Shown piece after piece: positions 51,120-63,657 of a DNA stretch of 64,000 bases; positions within the stretch are counted from its first letter, which is position 1; each line of letters begins with the position of its first letter. The DNA is from Cetorhinus maximus (Eukaryota): positions 39,928,001 through 39,992,000 of the forward strand of contig NC_135885.1 in the NCBI RefSeq assembly GCF_964194155.1. The letters are read 5' to 3'. Below the pieces are notes generated by a model that did no database searches, was not told the origin of the DNA, and saw only the letters and a program-made list of their open reading frames with translations. The position numbers and the translations under genes are program-made.

Positions 51120-52470
51120 GCCAAACTTAAATAAGGTTAATTACAAAGGAATGAGGACATAGTTGGCTGGAGTGGACTGGGAAAGCAGTTTAGCAGAAAA
51201 GATGGTTGATGAACAATGGGAGACGTTTAAGAAAATAGTTTATGACTTACAACAAAGATATATCCCAGTGAGGAAGAAGGATTCAAGGAAGGGGTAAACC
51301 AACCATGGTTAACCAAGGAAGTTAAGGATAGTATCAAATTGAAAGAAAAAACTTACGATGTGGTGAAGATTTGTGGTAAGCCAGAGGATTGGGTAAGTTT
51401 GAAAAACCAACAAAAGATGACCAAAAAAATAATAAAGAGGGAGAAAATAAACTTTGAGGGTAAACTAGCAAGTAATATAAAAATAGACAGTAAGAGCTTT
51501 TTTAAATATATAAAAAGGAAAAGAGAGGCCAAAGTGAACATAGGCCCTTAGAGAATGAGGCTGGGGAAATAATAATGGGGAACCAGGAAATGGCAGAAGA
51601 GTTGAATAAATACTTTGCTTCAGTCTTCATGGTAGAAGATACTAATAGCATTCCAAAAATACTAAATAATCAAGGGGCAAAAGTGCCGGGGGGTGGGGGT
51701 GGGGGGGGGGGGGTGGGGTGGTGTAGGAAATAAATACAATAACTATCATTAAAGAAAAAGTACTAGGGAAACTAATGGGGCTAAAGGCCGCTAAGTCCCC
51801 TGGACCTGATGGGTTACATCCTAGGATATTAAAGGAAATAGCTACAGAGATAGTAGATGCACTGGTAGCAATCTTCCAAGAGTCATTAGATTCTGGAAAA
51901 GTCCCAGAGGAATGGAGAACGGCCAATATAACACCCTTATTCAAAAAGGGAGGGAGACAAAAAACAGATGACTATAGGCCAGTTAGCTTAACATCTGTCA
52001 TGGGGAAAATGTTGGAGTCTGTTATAAAGGATGTAATAGCAGAGCATTTAGAAATACATAATCTAATCAAGCAGAGTCAGCATGGCTTCATGAAGGGGAA
52101 ATCACGCCTGACAAATTTATTAGAATTCTTTGAGGAGGTGACAAGCAGGATAGACAAAGGGGAACTAGTAGATGTAATATATTTGGATTTCCAAAAGGCA
52201 TTTGATAAGGTATCGCACATCAGGCTACTTAATAAGATGGTGTTGGTGTTGGGGGTAGTATATTAGCATGGATAGAGGATTGGCTAACTAATAGAAGACA
52301 GAGGGTTGGGATAAGGGGGGCATTTTCAGGATGGCAACCTGTAACTAGTGTAGTGCCACAGGGATCAGTGCTGGGGGCACAATTATTTACAATATATATT
52401 AATGACTTGGATGAGGGAAATGAATGTACTATCACCAAGTTTGCGGTTGACACAAAAATAGGTGGGAAGG
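51120..52470 (+). mobile_element. Relatively well-preserved CR1 ORF2 fragment
   Basis: ORF 51775..52266 KSPGPDGLHPRILKE...QHGFMKGKS...YLDFQKAFDKV. Confidence 0.93.
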
Positions 52471-52479
52471 CAAGTTCAG

Positions 52480-52782
52480 TTCCCTCAAGGTCCTATCGAA
52501 TTTCCTTTTAAAATCACTGATCATCTTCACTTCCACCACCCTCATGGGCAGCGAGTTCCAGGTCATTACCACTTACTTTGTAAAAAAGTTCTTTCTCACA
52601 TCCTACCTGCACCTCTTGCCCAAAATCTTAAATCTGTCTCCCCTAGACCTTGTACCATCAGCCAATGTATTTTGTTGCCTACTTTGTGTAAACCTGTTAT
52701 AATGGTGCACACATCTATCAAGTCTCCCCTCAAATTGCTTTGCTCCAAGGAGAACAACCCCAGCTTCTCCAATCTAACCTGA
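52480..52782 (-). mobile_element. CR1 3' fragment, inverted relative to its neighbour
   Basis: RLEKLGLFSLEQSNLRGDLIDV. Confidence 0.8.
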
Positions 52783-54544
52783 TCTGCTGGGTTGATAAAC
52801 AATGAATGGGGCATGGTATGCTGGAATGCTTTTTTTCTTAAAGCATGCGACTGATGTCCTTGCAATAATCAAGCAATGCCATATCTGTGCTGCATCTCCA
52901 ATTCATGATACATACAGTGCTGATTTTTATGTATGGAAGGATATAATTTCAGCTTAACTCCTGTGATCTGTGATGTGGATCATTGTGCTGTCTCTGGACT
53001 TGTGGTGGAAGTCTTTTTGTTGCTGTGTGGTGACCAGCAAGAGCACCTACACCCTCCACATTAGCCACGGGAAATGTGAGGGAGATATGAAGTGATTAGT
53101 AAAAGTGGAATAGATGTCAAACCATAGAGTGGAGTCGGCTGGTCAGATTTACCTGAGAACACAAAACCCAGCTTCCTATGCCCATTCCTGCAAATTGCAT
53201 TTGAGTATCCTTTAGGTTTTGAAAATAATTGAGGTATACAGTTGTCTTCATTTCCAATACAAAATATGATAGGATCAAAAAAGCAGTGAATGTTCTAAGT
53301 GTCTTGAAAACAGTAACTGTTTGAAATGCACAACAGCTCGAGCAACATCAAATGGAGACTTTACATCAGAACTCAAGTGTGAAGGTTAGCTGCTGATTTA
53401 ATCGACTTCCCTTATCCTTCCTGTAGATTTTAAAATGAACTAACTTCTGTTTAGAATATTTCAATCAATGTACCCTTAAATCAGTTCATATCCCTAATTC
53501 AGTGAGGCCCACTCCCTTGCCACTTGCCAGGGTTGCATTTACAGGATCCATTATGGGGTGGGAATGCTATAGTGAGCTAAGTTTATCTTGTTCATGTGGG
53601 ATGCAGTGCCAAGGTTTTATCATTGGTATATGTGGAAAAAATGTTTCACTTCACTAACTAATATGGTGTATCTGGAGTTAAATTCTCAGTGGAAACAACT
53701 GGATTCTATATTCAAATCTGTACAACAATTTCCATAGGAGTATTTAACTGTAGCAGGATAAATTACTTCTGTCTTTGAAGTCGGAGGTACAGACTTCAAA
53801 ATATTGTAAACTACAACAAGTAAAATAACAAAAAGCTTAATTATCTGCAGTGTGAGTAGATATGCCTGCTCCCAGGTCTCCCTGGTAATAAATCTCATGC
53901 CTTTACCATTTGCATCTCCTTCATAAATTCTAAAGTTTGTCACTGCTGCAAACTTGAGTTTCTTGTTTTATTGCCTCTAATCAAATATTATTAAATGTCA
54001 CAATTTTAGTTATAAACCCACGGTCACACTGCTTTTTCAATGTAATTAGTAGCTTCTACATGGCATGAGTCTATAATCAGAACTGTTGTTAAGTTCTCAG
54101 CTTTTTGTAGGCAGTCAGCTTTTGTTTAGTTTTGTAAATTGGAAAGTATGTGGCCTGTTTAGAGAAAAATCCAGAATGGAACTGTAGCCTGATGAAACAG
54201 GCAATAAATGTTAGTCATAAACTTTGCCACTTTATCACTGTGACAACTACAATGCAAACCCATAAAGGAGAGAAATGGCAACATGAATGCAGTTAATGGT
54301 GATCATCCCATCACACTTCAAGAATTCCACAGACAAAGACAGGAGCCAAAGTTCCCAGAGAATCTTCTTAAGGGATCCAAATCGGTCTCTATGCAAACTT
54401 TGGTTCCATCTTCTCTGACACTGTGAAGTAAATCTAATTTCTTTCAACACTTGTACACCATCTGCTACAAATCAACATGACACTTTAAAGTATCATTGCA
54501 TGAAGGCAGTTTGGGTTTCGCTAGTATTAGGCACTTCACTGCTG

Positions 54545-54920
54545 TTTTTTTTAAATTTGTTCATGAGATGTGAGCATCATTGGCAAGGCCAGCATTTATT
54601 TTCCATCCTTAATTGCCCTTGAGAAGCTGGTGATGAGCCAGTTTATTGAACCACTGCATTCCGTGTGGTGTAGGAACACCCTACAATGCTATTAGAAAGA
54701 TCCAGAATTTTGACCCAGTGACTTCGAAGAAACAGTGAGATCGTTCCAAGTCAAGATGGGACTTGGAGGGGAACTTGCAGGTGGTGGTGCTTCCATGCAC
54801 CTATTGCCCTCGTCTTTCCAGGTGCCAGGGGTTGTAGGTTCGGAGGATGTTGTTGAAGTTTGGCAAGTTGCTGCAGTGCATCTTGTAGAATGGTGTCTAT
54901 TTGGATGTGGAGCCCTCTTG
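54545..54920 (-). mobile_element. LINE-2nd family 3' fragment
   Basis: Same tail and body as 38340-38700. Confidence 0.8.
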
Positions 54921-55539
54921 ATGAAAAGGAGTGTCTCTTTAACAATGTACCAATGAGAAGAGAAAAATGTGAGGTTTGAATAGGCAGTTTATACTTTGAT
55001 GTTATAAGTGTGAATCTGAATTTGTAAAGAGCTAGGTTTGTGCATTGATGTATTACTAGGGACTAATTGAGAAAAAAACATCCTTTCACCAGAGAAGAAT
55101 GGTTTTGTAGCGCTGGTGTGGCAGTGCTGCTAAAGGGATCTAGGATATCTCTCTTGATCCTTAATTAACAAATCATAAGTTTCAATGTATACATGGTATT
55201 CCCCAGTAGTGAGAGGAGACTGCTCACCACTGTACTCTTGTAACTCCTGCAAGCGTACATAGCGCATATATTTAACTTACTAGCTTTCAAAGATTTAACA
55301 CTATGAGTTTTGGAGACGTAATGCCTGATGGGGCTGGCAATTCCATTTTCTAAGGTAGTCTTCTTCCCACTTGAGATCATGGTTCTCATTGCATGAGCAG
55401 CAGAGCCTTCTTTAGACTAAGATGTGCTTGATGATGTACTTACTGGACTTCCTATCTGGCCTTTCCCTTTAACTGCCTATCTGCTCATGCATTTGAGTCA
55501 TAATATCTTAATTTCCTCAGATAATGGAGCAATAATCTT

Positions 55540-55758
55540 GCATATAGCAAGACCTGGAGAACATTTAGGTTTGGGTTTATAAATGGAAAGTACCTTTTGT
55601 GGCACACAACTGTCAGGCAATGACTACCTCCAATAAGACAAAGTCTAACCATCTCCCTTTGACAGTCAAAGGCATTACTATCGCTGGACTCCCACCATCA
55701 ACATCCTGGGAGCTCACCATTGACCAGAAACATAACTGTTCCAGCCACATTAATACAA
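55540..55758 (+). mobile_element. LINE-2nd family internal fragment
   Basis: CQAMTTSNK...SNHLPLT...TIDQK. Confidence 0.7.
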
Positions 55759-56100
55759 TTGTTTTATGCAGTTTATTGGTTATGGAGTTACATGTATTTT
55801 TAGGAATTCCAACCCTGTGTAATATTTTTTCTTTTGTGTCAAATCTTTGAAATTGCTTCTAAATACAAATGTAAATATATATGAATACAAATATTAAAAG
55901 GTTCTGAAATAAATGAAATAAATAATAGTTTTTCTCGCCCAAAAGCACCTACTCTATCCTCAAGACTGTTTCCCCAAATGCCACTTCCAAAAACTTGGCA
56001 TTATACTGAATTCTGAATACATCTTCCCCACATCTAAATCGGTCAAGACCACTTTCTTTCTGTTAGATCCAGAAATTTGTTTACTCCTGCCTCTACCATC

Positions 56101-56214
56101 AAAACTCTGTTCTGATGAAAGGTCACAACCTCGACACATTAACTCTGTTTCTCTCTTCACAGACGCTGCCTGACCTGCTGAGTATTCCTGGCATTTTCTG
56201 TTTTAATTTCCCAG
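56101..56214 (+). repeat. Older family-A-like mini-element with degenerate hammerhead
   Basis: gttCTGATGAaaggtcacaacctcGACAcattaac followed by the PLE tail. Confidence 0.65.
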
Positions 56215-56519
56215 TTCTCTTTCCCTGTTTTATCGTCATCAGAGGTTAATTCAGCTGCTATATCTCCAACCACTGGAACTCCTGCCCTCAACATCTCTGC
56301 TTTGAAATCTCCCTTCCTGCCTTCAAGCTTCTCCTAACAACACTCTCTTTAATCATTCTTCCTTGGGCCCAGTCTGGTTGTCCAGCATCCTGTAAAATGC
56401 TCCAAGATGTGTTTCCCACAGGAAGAGCACTGTCTTGATTCCTGCATGTCTGAGGAGATAGCGCTACCATGTGGCCAAAGGCAAGATAACTGTTTGCCAT
56501 GTTTTTTTAAAAATAGCAC

Positions 56520-57285
56520 AAACTTTCAACTCCTGAGCGGTGGGAAACAGTAAGAGCAGAGCTTAAAAGAGCACAGGAAACAGCGAGGCTTCACTTGCAG
56601 AGCGGTAGGAAAAGAGTGAACTGGAGTCAGTCTGTGAGTTCAGAGCCCATATTCAGAAAGAAAAATCAAGGTATGACATCACAGGGAAGCAGGTAGATAA
56701 TTGGCTGGTGAGTATTTCCTATTTACCTTTTTAAACTTGGGAATTAACTTGTGAATCTTATCTTTCTTTTTTAAAGTAAGGTTTATTGTTTCTAGTAAGG
56801 TGCACCACAGTGATGCCAACGGCTGCCCATGTCCTGAAACTCAGAGTTCAAGCTGCTGCAATGGACAACACTTGCTGCACAAATAGGTATCCAGGAGATG
56901 GGAAGCGTCCTGGAGTTCCAACATAGCACAGGATGTAGGCTTTATCAATATTAGTAAGATTTATTAGTATTGGTATGGTTTATTCACAGTGGTATGGTTT
57001 ATTAGCATTGGTAAAGGTTTATTAGCAATAGTAAGGTTTATTAACAGTAACAAGGTTATTAACTAACATGGAGGAGTGACAGGGCTGCTCCAACCCCTAG
57101 AGTGCACATCCTGTGCTGTGTGGGAACTCTAGAACGCTTTCCATCACCCGGATAACCATTTGTGCAGAAAGCGTCATCCATTGCAGCAGCTTGAGCTCCA
57201 GGTTTCAGAACTTGAGCAGCAGTTGACATCACTACGGTGCATCCAGGAGGTTGAGAGCTTTGTAGATAGCACGTTTATAGCGTGC
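56520..57285 (+). mobile_element. CR1 5' UTR (with ~18-bp gtaaggtttatt repeats) and start of ORF1 (zinc finger/leucine zipper)
   Basis: ECTSCAVWEL...HLCRKRHPLQQLELQVSELEQQLTSL at ~57099-57240. Confidence 0.75.
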
Positions 57286-57299
57286 TAGCCAGTAGAGGA

Positions 57300-57960
57300 T
57301 ATGGGTGTTGGAGGGGAGAGGAGATGGGTGCCGGAGGGGAAAAGAGACAGGGTTGCTGGTGGGGAGAGGAGACAAGGTGCTGGTGGGGAGAGGAGATCGG
57401 GGTGCTGGTGGGGAGAGGAGATCGGGGTGCTGGTGGGGAGAGGAGACAAGGTGCTGGTGGGGAGAGGAGATCGGGGTGCTGGTGGGGAGAGGAGACAAGG
57501 TGCTGGTGGGGAGAGGAGACAGGGGTACAGGAAAAGAGAGGAGACAGGGGTGCAGAGGGGAGAGTAGACAGGGGTGCGGGAGGGGAGAGGAGACAGTGGC
57601 GTGGGAGGGGAGAGGAGAGGAGATAGGGGTACAGGAGGGGAGAGGAGATGGGGTGCAGAGGGGAGAGAAGACAGGGATGCTTGGGTGAGAGGAGACAGGG
57701 GGGCGGGAGGGGAGAGGAGACAGGGGTGCAGGTGGGGCGAAGAGACAGGGGTGCAGGAGGGGAGAGGAGAGGAGATAGGAGTGCAAAGGGGAGAGGAGAC
57801 AGGGGTGCATGAGGGGAGAGGAGACGGGGTGTGGGAGGGGAGTGGAGCTGGTAGTGCTGGGGAGAGGAGACAGGAGTGCTGGGGGATGTGGAGCCAAGTG
57901 TGCAAGTGGGAGAGGATCTGGGGGTGCAGGGGTCTGGAGACAGGATTTCAGATGGGAAGA
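57300..57960 (+). repeat. G/A-rich minisatellite, 21-25 bp unit (GGTGCTGGTGGGGAGAGGAGA(CAA/TCGG))
   Basis: Direct inspection; generates the spurious repetitive ORFs in the track. Confidence 0.95.
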
Positions 57961-58454
57961 TGCTGGGTCTCGTTCATGTCCGAGGAACAGACCCCAGCAA
58001 ACTATTCAAAACTTTTGTAAGGGTGTTGAGTACATAAAAGTTTATAACAATTTTAAACAGTGTCCCAACTGTTTGAAAATATTAAAAATTATTGAAAAAA
58101 ACCTGTCATTGAGCTGAAGACGGCCTGTCTTCAGCTCATTACCTCATTAGGGGCTGTGGCTTCACCGGCAATGCACCAACACTGGAAGCCCTTGTTACTT
58201 GCCTCAATGTTGGGTCCTGCTGCAGGAAGAAGAGGACATTTTTGCTCCAGCCTCGGGACAGGGCAGGCACCGAGTGTTCTTGGGCAGTCAACAATGAACA
58301 CCGCAGTTTCACTACCCAGAGGAAAACTCAGGCCAAGATTTCTGCATGGAACCTGTGCTAACCACACTGCTCATTGGCTCCCCTGTCAGCAGAAGGCTCA
58401 GAATTATAATTTCCTAGCATTACTTAAAGTGAGCCTGCAGTACTCGTTGTGGCT

Positions 58455-59390
58455 GGGGGAAGTCCTGGGATTCATTCAGGAGCTAAAGCTAACCAGGGAA
58501 ATAGCCACCACACCCCCAACACTCACCAAACAACAATCTCTATCAATCAGGATTCATAAATTAACAATGATATGCTCCACTGCACCCTCCCACACATAGC
58601 ACTGTTGCAAGTCTCTCACACAGTTATTCAACCATGACAGCCACATCACCCAAGGAGATTTCATACCACACTCTGAGTGTTATAATTCTGAGCCCCCTGC
58701 TGACACATTTCCCTCTCTCACTTGCAGGACAAGGTGGTGCACAACCAGAGACAGTAGGAGCTAACTGGAGGAAGCAAGCATGCCTGAATGTCCTAACCTG
58801 CTTGGAAGAGATGGTGTTAGTCATTGTTGGATGCCCATTGCTGAAGTCATGGTTTAGTTTCCTCGTATCTAATCCTCCTCCTCACATCCCACAGTCTGTT
58901 CTGACATACAAGCCACAAGTTGGTGTAAGTATGTACCTCAGACATTCCTCCTCCAGTACAATAACCTTAACCTTTCAGATACCCAAGAACTGCAACGAGG
59001 CCATACATGCACCAAGAAGAGAGAGATGATGATAATACACCATCGCCTAATTTCATACATGCAGCCAAGAGTTCCACTGCTGACACTGTGCATACCTTAG
59101 ACTAGAAGCAGGATCTACATGTAATGAGACACTGAGCACAAGTAGGCTGCAGCCAGGGTAGGGCATGGCACAAGGATAGCTCATGTACCAGCTTGCCAGA
59201 GGATGAGGTCACACACGAGTTCTGCTGCAGAGGACTCAGATGAGGACTGTGATGGTCCAGGCTACAGGGGAAGCTGATAGACATGTACGATGAAATGCTT
59301 GGTGCATTCGGAAGCCTGTCAGGAAACCTGCATTCATTGTCAAGGAGCATAGAGGAAGTGGCCTTCCCATCATTTTCCTCCTGCGCCCAA
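58455..59390 (+). mobile_element. Second decayed Harbinger accessory-gene segment
   Basis: Colinear with 46590-47420 (LEEMVLVIVG; MLGAFGSLSGNLHSLS vs MLCALGNLPESLQSMS). Confidence 0.6.
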
Positions 59391-59409
59391 CCTGTGTCCA
59401 AGCTTACAG

Positions 59410-60032
59410 TGGGTGGGGGAGGCGTCAGGCAGCCCCCACCCCCCCCAAATCTCCAACCCCTCACCCTTCGGCTTATTGAGGTCCTTAAGTGGCAAATTAA
59501 TGGCCGCATAAGTGTCCTATTCTGCCTCCGTTGGGTGGGTAGCCCAGCAGCTTTCACAGCGCGGGTTGTTGTTTGGGTAAGGGAGGGGGAACCTCCTTTG
59601 GGGGTCCCCTGTACCCATCGGAAGCAACACTCAAGGTCATACCCCACCTTTAGCCCTTCTCCCTGACCCCCCCACTCCACTCAAACCCCCCAACCCCCAC
59701 CTTGCTGGAATCTGCCAGCCAGGCTCTGCCGATGCTCCAGTCTTACCTTGAAGTCCGGCTCTTGTTCAGAGACGGCCTGTAGTCCCAGCAGTGGCCACTG
59801 CTTGAACTTGGCGCCTTTGGAACTACAGAGCTGTCGGCCAATCAGGTTGGTCAGCAGCTCTCGAAGGAAGGACTCCCTCCCCAGATGGGGATGGTAGTCT
59901 TGCCCTGAACCAATTAATGCCCTGTGGAGCATTAAATAGCTCCGGGGCAGTGGGCCTTTTGGTGAATGGGCTCCTGACCGAATTTTTAGTCGAGGTGGGT
60001 GGGGAATACGGGACCCTGTAAATTCCATACCT
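59410..60032. mobile_element. Probable non-autonomous Harbinger/MITE-like segment
   Basis: GC-rich; shares cttaag/ttaatt motifs and an 'aaattc...cc' terminus with 47650-47830. Confidence 0.4.
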
Positions 60033-61129
60033 ATATATTCAAGTCTGGTTTGAACCCATTGCCTTCTGACTGAGAAGTGACAATGCTATCATTGAGTCAA
60101 GGCTGACCTCTTTGTAGATAACTAAGAGTCTCTAGTTTTTTGGTCACGTAAGAGAGATGGGCAGTGAAATGAAGCAATGTATGGCACAAATAGCAGGACT
60201 TTTTTTAGATTGTGTGTTTGATTTGCATAAAACAAAAAAAAACACAAACTGTGGAATGCAGCACAACTTGTGCAAGGATATGTGATATGAAAATTCTGGC
60301 AAATAATCAGAAGGTAGATAAATGGATCCCGATAATGGAAAATCCTATTCCCTATGCAACAGTCAGGCCAATCATGAATTTGCTGTTTCTACCTGTGTTT
60401 GTGTTTCAAATAATTTGTATCGGCAGCATTGCTCAGAGCAGCATGTGGGCTGACATGAACAAACGTCTATCTGAGGAGCTGTGAGCAATATCTGTTCAGT
60501 TTCACACAGGATTTCAATTAATAATTACTTTACAAGAGGTCCAGTCGAAAGTCTTACAAAGTTCAGACCACATATAAATAAACCTCCCAAACTGGAACTG
60601 TAAAGTCCATAAAATATATGAGAAGAACGTTGAAGGGAGACTTCTACTGGTGTAGTCACATTGGAAGACAAGTTTCTTTAAGACATACATTGAATCAGAC
60701 CTACTGAATTTTATTTTAGAACTCCGCTCAAAGATTGCAGTAGTTCCTGCTACAAGCTCCTTCCCATTGTGCCAGACAGTATTGGCATTGTGATCCACAG
60801 AATGTTCCGGAGAGAATAATGTGTACTGTCCATCATGGCCTTCCAAAGCTCCCCAAACAAGCCTCCCTTTTTGAATTATGTTTGGACACAGATAAACTTT
60901 GCATGTCCTATTCCCCCAAAGGAAATTCATGGGGGAATAAATCAGGGCTAGAATTGTAGAAAACCATTTTTTCACGTGCATTTTTTTTTTGTAGCTGAGA
61001 TCTTCTGTTGCATTCCTGCCTATCAATTCAAACAGATATTAGAGATCTCACAGCATTATTCAAAGGGCATTAAGGAATTCTCCTGATGTCATTGCATCTT
61101 CTTTAAGAAGTTCAGCCCACCCCAGTTCT

Positions 61130-61990
61130 AAATTCCCTGGCCTCTCCAAGATCCTTGAACACATCGTTGTCACCAAGTCTACCTCTCCTGCCACTCCCAA
61201 TTTGAATCCCTTCACCTTGGTTTTCATCAGCCCTTCATAACAAAACTACCTTAGCTAAAGTCACCAATTATGTCTCCATGGTTCTAACCGTAGGATCCAA
61301 TTCCCTGCTTGATCTTGCTGCAGCCTCTGGTGCAGCTGACCACTCCTACCACTTCCATCACTTATTGTCTGTAGTTAACCACTCTTTCTTAGTTCTATTC
61401 CTCTCTGCCCCACATAGGCTCATTTCTTCTTGAACACCTTGAATGACCACCTCCAACATATGCCAAGATTCCAACCTTAGTCCCGAAATCTCATATACAT
61501 GCTGAATCACCAGGAATATGGGTTCAAATTCTCTATGTAGGGCAGTGAGACTCAGTTCTACATCTCCAATGTGAGGGGGTCAACTCCATGAAGGTTGCTC
61601 TGCTGTCTTGCCTGTCTGATATTAAGTCATGGAAAAACTAGAACTTCAACCAAATATAGAGAAGAATAATGCCATTTGGTTCTCCCCAGAAACTCTGTAT
61701 CCTAGTGCTATAGAGTTGATCTTCTAGATAACTTTTCTTAGTGAATACGTTTAACTTTATTTACAAGACAGCAGCAGCAACTACACGTGTGCATCAAACC
61801 CCATGCTGCTAACTCATTGGTTTACACAGATCATGTGATCTTACAACACAGGATTATTCTTAAAGCTACAGCCCAACATTTCCCCAAACTATAATTACTA
61901 TGCCTGGCTTCCAATTCCATTCTTAACCAGCTGCTTACTCAGGCTGAACAATATAGACCTTTGATGTCCGCTTGAAGCAAATCCACCTTA
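61130..61990 (+). mobile_element. Decayed L2-type LINE, possibly with a small LTR-like insert (~61706-61878)
   Basis: Eroded RT motifs (ctgcagcctctggtgcagctgacca, ctctatgtagggcagtgagactcag). Confidence 0.5.
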
Positions 61991-62748
61991 TACTGAAGCT
62001 TCAGTTGAAGTATAAATGCAGGCAAAAAGAAACATAGTTATAATCCAAATGTCAATCTGTCATTTCACAATTATAAAATACCGAGTGTGTCTACCTATAA
62101 ACACGGGCTCCATGTAACTAAAATACAAAACTCCTACTGACATTCTGGGTTGTTTAATTCTTGTATTTTTCAAAATATATCAAATTGCTGTTTATTTTGT
62201 GTTTCAGGTTTTACTGGAAGCCATTAGATGTGATATTAGAATGTGACTAGGATAGGAATTCTGAGAATGCAGAAATTTTGACTGGGTCACATTCCATAGT
62301 GAAACTTGGATTGTAGTTTGATTTATTCCTATATAGCTACAAAATTAAAACAATGGTTAAAGTGATAATTAAAGGCACAATTCCACCCCATTTCATCTAG
62401 TTTCCACATCTCCATTCATAGTGATATATCTGTGAATCTTGCCCTATTCATGTTTTCATCTGAAATTAAACATAGATAATGAGCAATTCATTAGATAATG
62501 AAAGCATAGGGTTTTTATCAATTATTACATAGCTTCTTTCACTGGTACATGTCCCAAAGCAAAGGTTTACAATCAGTGCCAGCTCGCTATGCCATTGTGA
62601 AGGGATCTTATTATGAAAGCTAGGGGGTGTCGTTGAAGTTCCATTTATGACAGAAAAAAAATGAGAATGTTCAATTTTCTTTGAAATTAGACCTGCAAAT
62701 GCGATTTCATTTTCAGAAATTGTGCGATTCAAAGCTACACATTCCACA

Positions 62749-62981
62749 TAAAAGCAAAATACTGCGGATGCTGGAAATCTGAAACAAAAACAAAAACTGC
62801 TGGAAAAACTCAGCAGGTCTGACAGCATCTGTGGAGAGGAAGACAGAGTTAACGTTTCGAGTCCGTATGGCTCTTCTTCAGAGCTCAGATGAAGAGTCAT
62901 ACGGACTCGAAACGTTAACTCTGTCTCCCTCTCCACAGATGCTGTCAGACCTGCTGAGTTTTTCCAGCAGTTTTTGTTTTT
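62749..62981. mobile_element. Family-A fold-back mini-element (99-bp arms, no spacer) with a hammerhead motif on each strand
   Basis: TSD GCTACACATTC(C/T)ACA at 62734-62748 and 62982-62996; arms 62785-62883 and 62884-62982 centred on GAGCTC. Confidence 0.92.
62846..62886 (-). ncRNA. Minimal type-I hammerhead motif (family A), core intact
   Basis: Reverse complement GAGCT-CTGAAGA-A-GAGCC atacg GACTC-GAAA-CG-TT-AACTC; palindromic AACGTT stem III. Confidence 0.7.
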
Positions 62982-63434
62982 GCTACACATTCTACAGTTT
63001 TGTTAGCATTATGTGAATTATGTAGAAAAATCATCATTCTTTAATTTCTCATTAGAAGAGCAATTTTACCCCAACCCACTCACAAAGGTATGTTGTTTTA
63101 ATTCTATTTTTGATACAGCTATGATTTAGCCTCCAATGTGCCCAATGAAATTAAATGTTTACGCTGCTAATTGCCTCTCCTATGGGTGACAGGCATGTGT
63201 GGCGATTGCTGGAAAAAAAATCTTAATTTTGCTTTTAGTGTAAAAGTGCTGCAGAGCACAGCAATGCTTTTTTAGAGTTCACAATGAACCAATTCATTTA
63301 GTTTCAGTTCATTTCAGCTGCTATCATCCATTTCTTTTATACTACCATTGGAGTTCACTGTTATACCTGAACACAGTGACTTTCAATCCAGAACAAGGTA
63401 CCGATCAAAATCAGAATTTCTGTACACATTTTAA

Positions 63435-63657
63435 TATCGCCGAGAAAGGAGACATGTTACTGAAGCTACTCATCTTGCACTGATCAGGGCAAACACAAGA
63501 ATGCCAAATTTCAAACAATCAACGATTTGTACGACAGGAGAGCACCTCTTTTCTCCTGTGGTAGAAGTTGTTGGTATTCTTGCGAGTGTCCTGATGAGTA
63601 CAAGTCAAAAAGCTTAAACGTGTCTCTTTTCTCAGCAATACGCAAGTCCTGTACCAC
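63435..63657. mobile_element. Second family-B fold-back mini-element (older)
   Basis: Plus arm GTGTC-CTGATGA-GTacaagtc-AAAA-AGCT-T at 63586-63615; inverted arm ~63435-63540. Confidence 0.75.

Noticed and set aside
51687-51722. Long G run
   Set aside because: Expanded homopolymer at a G-rich spot within a CR1; possibly sequencing-related
57232-58117. Several long overlapping ORFs
   Set aside because: Translations of a minisatellite; low complexity in all frames
60514-61026. 170-aa minus-strand ORF in apparently unique sequence
   Set aside because: No recognisable domain, non-ATG start and no supporting exon structure; a protein search would be needed to exclude it fully
62190-62260. Strong splice-acceptor-like site (ttttgtgtttcag) suggesting an exon of a downstream gene
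   Set aside because: No recognisable coding sequence or matching donor; unsupported without transcripts
62466-63016. Opposing ORFs sharing the peptide TELTFRVRM...YGLETLTLS
   Set aside because: Consequence of the palindromic mini-element, not coding
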